From Candidatus Marinacidobacterales bacterium (GTDB lineage: Bacteria; Acidobacteriota; Vicinamibacteria; Marinacidobacterales; SMYC01): a stretch of 64,000 nucleotides of DNA. Where the stretch lies: assembly GCA_965237955.1 (NCBI GenBank), contig OZ250169.1:4832001-4896000 (forward strand). The letters run 5' to 3'. A model generated the notes under the pieces. It was not told the DNA's origin. It made no database searches and was given only the letters and a program-made list of their open reading frames with translations. The translations under genes were made by a program, and so were the position numbers. Positions 62,067 to 64,000 of the stretch are shown piece by piece (position 1 is the first letter of the stretch; the number at the start of each line of letters is the position of its first letter).

Positions 62067-63272
62067 ATGGCGCTATCCGGGAATACGAGGGAATTTTCCC
62101 TCGCGGATTTGATCGTCGTCAAAGCACAAGATCCGCGAAACCATCGCTTGACGTTGAGTGGGCCGGCGGGTGACGGTTTGCTTCTGATCGAATCCGGGCG
62201 CATCGTGCACGCGGCCTACGGTGAGCTTCCACCGCTCGACGCGGCGCATGTGCTCGTCACCGAGCAGAACGTCGACTTCGAAGTCGAGGCGGATGCCGAG
62301 ATTCCAGGTCACACGCTCGACCTCGGCGCGCAAGAGCTTCTCATCGAAGCGATGCGGCGTCTCGACGAAGGGATTCTGCGCCGCCCCCGACAAGCGTCCA
62401 TCGAGCTTGCGGCGTCGGGCGCGCGACGCAAGCCGCCGCGGCCACGAAGCCACGAATCCAAGAAGAGTCCTGAAGCCGAAGCACTGAGGCGAGCAACCGG
62501 ACGTATTTTGTTCGCCGATCCAGAGGCCGCGGAAACACAAGAGGGGAGCAAGGCGCTGAAGGCGCTCGCTGTGATCCTCGGTATCGTGCTTCTCGTGGCG
62601 GGCACGATCTTCGGGTGGCGCAGTGGCTGGTTCGCCGGGCAAGAGCACCGCGATTCGGTCGAGGTGACGGATCTCACTGGACCACGAGACGTGATCCCAA
62701 CGCTCTTGTCGGGCGCGCCCGCGACAGCGCCCGAGAACGATGCGGCGTTCCTCCCGACGGTCTTGTGCCGGGTTCTCGTCGATACCCGTGGCCTCGTGCG
62801 CGAGGCGTTGGTCTACCAGCACCGCTCAGGTCTCGACGCGTTCGAGGAGGTCGCGCTCGAGACCGCCAGAAACTATCGATTCACTCCCGGCCGGCGAGAA
62901 GGCGTTCTCGTGCCAGTGTGGGTCGTGTGGCCCGTCGACTTTATTCGTACGACGCACGTAAGCGATCCGCGGCCGGTCGACGCCAGGTACTTCAAGGACC
63001 AGCGACCGGGAGATAGTCTTCCCACGCTAGTCACAGGAGAGTCTCCCGAGGCGCCGCTTCCGGAAAGAGGTCTTCGTCCCCGGATTGCGTTCCGCCTCCT
63101 GGTGGACGAGACGGGAAGCGTCGTCGACGCCAAGGTCGTGACGCCAAGCCCTGATCTCGAGCTCTACGAGCGCATCGCGCTCGATACGGTTCGAGGCTAT
63201 CGATTCACTCCCGGTGAGCGCGAAGGCGTCAACGTTCCCGCCTGGCTCGACTGGATGGTCGAGTTCCAATAG
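62067..63272 (+). CDS. DUF4388 + TM + two TonB C-terminal-like domains
   Basis: ALSGNTREFSLADL; two copies of VLVD..G.V...ALETAR.YRFTPG.REG..VP.W. Confidence 0.75.
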   Translation: MALSGNTREFSLADLIVVKAQDPRNHRLTLSGPAGDGLLLIESGRIVHAAYGELPPLDAAHVLVTEQNVDFEVEADAEIPGHTLDLGAQELLIEAMRRLDEGILRRPRQASIELAASGARRKPPRPRSHESKKSPEAEALRRATGRILFADPEAAETQEGSKALKALAVILGIVLLVAGTIFGWRSGWFAGQEHRDSVEVTDLTGPRDVIPTLLSGAPATAPENDAAFLPTVLCRVLVDTRGLVREALVYQHRSGLDAFEEVALETARNYRFTPGRREGVLVPVWVVWPVDFIRTTHVSDPRPVDARYFKDQRPGDSLPTLVTGESPEAPLPERGLRPRIAFRLLVDETGSVVDAKVVTPSPDLELYERIALDTVRGYRFTPGEREGVNVPAWLDWMVEFQ

Positions 63273-63276
63273 CGCG

Positions 63277-64000
63277 ATGCGCGTGCGGCGATATCTCGCA
63301 GGTATCGTCGTCGCGCTCGCATTGTCACCGCAGGCTAGTCCCCTGGAACAGAGGTTCGTAGCCTAAAGCTCGACGCCATTTTGTGGGCTGGCGAGGCGTG
63401 ACGACGAAGTCATATTGGAATATTTCGAGGAGGAACAACGAAGCCAGCGCGCAAAAAGGGCCCAAGATTTAGGCTACGAACCTCTGTTCCAGGGGACTAG
63501 CGGCGGAGAGGACATTCGCCTGCGAGGCTCGGCGAGCGCGGCGGACGCGTTGCGCTCCGTGCTGAGCGACGGTTTCACCGCTCGCTTCGGAGACGTCGAG
63601 CTGTTGTGGGACTCGGCGGGGTCCGGGTCCGCTTTCGTGGCTCTTTTCTCGGGAGACGCTGATGTTGGCGTGGTCTCGCGGAGTGTTCGCGCCGAGGAAG
63701 TGAATCTCGCGAGCCGGCTCGGACTCGAGCTCAGGGAGAGCATCCTCGCGCTCGATGGCCTCGCGGTCATCGTTCATCCTCGAAACGACGTGGAGAGCTT
63801 GTCCGTCGAGCAGCTCGAGTCGCTCTACACCGGGCGCATCGTGCGGTGGTTGGGTTTCGGCGGGATCGATGAAGTGGTGCAACTTCTGATCGCGGCGGAA
63901 TGGAGTGGAGCCCAAACGGAGTTTTGCGAGCTCGTGTTCCACGATCCAACCTTTCAGTTTGCATCGAGCGCCGAATATCTGATGTCGAGCGCCGAGATTC
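63277..64000 (+). pseudogene. PstS-like phosphate-binding protein, disrupted by a MITE; runs off the window
   Basis: Signal peptide from 63277; frame resumes at 63499 with IRLRGS...GSGSAF...LALDGLAVIVHPRN...LYTGRI. Confidence 0.8.
63335..63500. mobile_element. 162-bp hairpin MITE with CTAG duplication
   Basis: Perfect 34-bp inverted repeat 63334-63367 / 63468-63501; CTAG at 63335-63338 and 63497-63500; removal restores the ORF. Confidence 0.9.

Noticed and set aside
1-64000. CRISPR array, tRNA, rRNA
   Set aside because: No regularly spaced repeats or recognisable structural RNA genes seen by eye; a covariance scan was not run

Overview
A GC-rich bacterial chromosomal window. The gene content suggests an Acidobacteriota/Vicinamibacteria-like organism (inference): several Ser/Thr kinase-TolB/PD40 paralogues, a PEP-CTERM protein with a sigma54 promoter, DUF4388 proteins and secreted peptidases. 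About 50 mostly metabolic, peptidase and transport genes are present, with no rRNA, tRNA or CRISPR array seen. Mobile DNA includes an IS110/IS1111-family element, an IS481-family element with TIRs and TSD, two DUF222/HNH-type endonuclease genes, a VapBC-like TA pair, and a 162-bp hairpin MITE that disrupts a PstS-like gene. The most striking result is in the ~250-nt non-coding leader of the IS110 element. It folds into a two-loop bridge/seek-RNA-like structure whose putative target guides spell 5'-TCAACTGGTTCG-3'. These are the L-N-W-F-E codons of the conserved C-terminal motif of the Ser/Thr kinase-PD40 family, and the element sits exactly at the W codon of an orphan kinase tail (WFQELERLVPTN*). 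The window also shows pervasive erosion: at least eight collapsed gene remnants, most keeping a promoter/start plus the last codons, several indel frameshifts, and one in-frame TGA. Many genes look leaderless. All annotations are by-eye motif recognition; no database searches were run.
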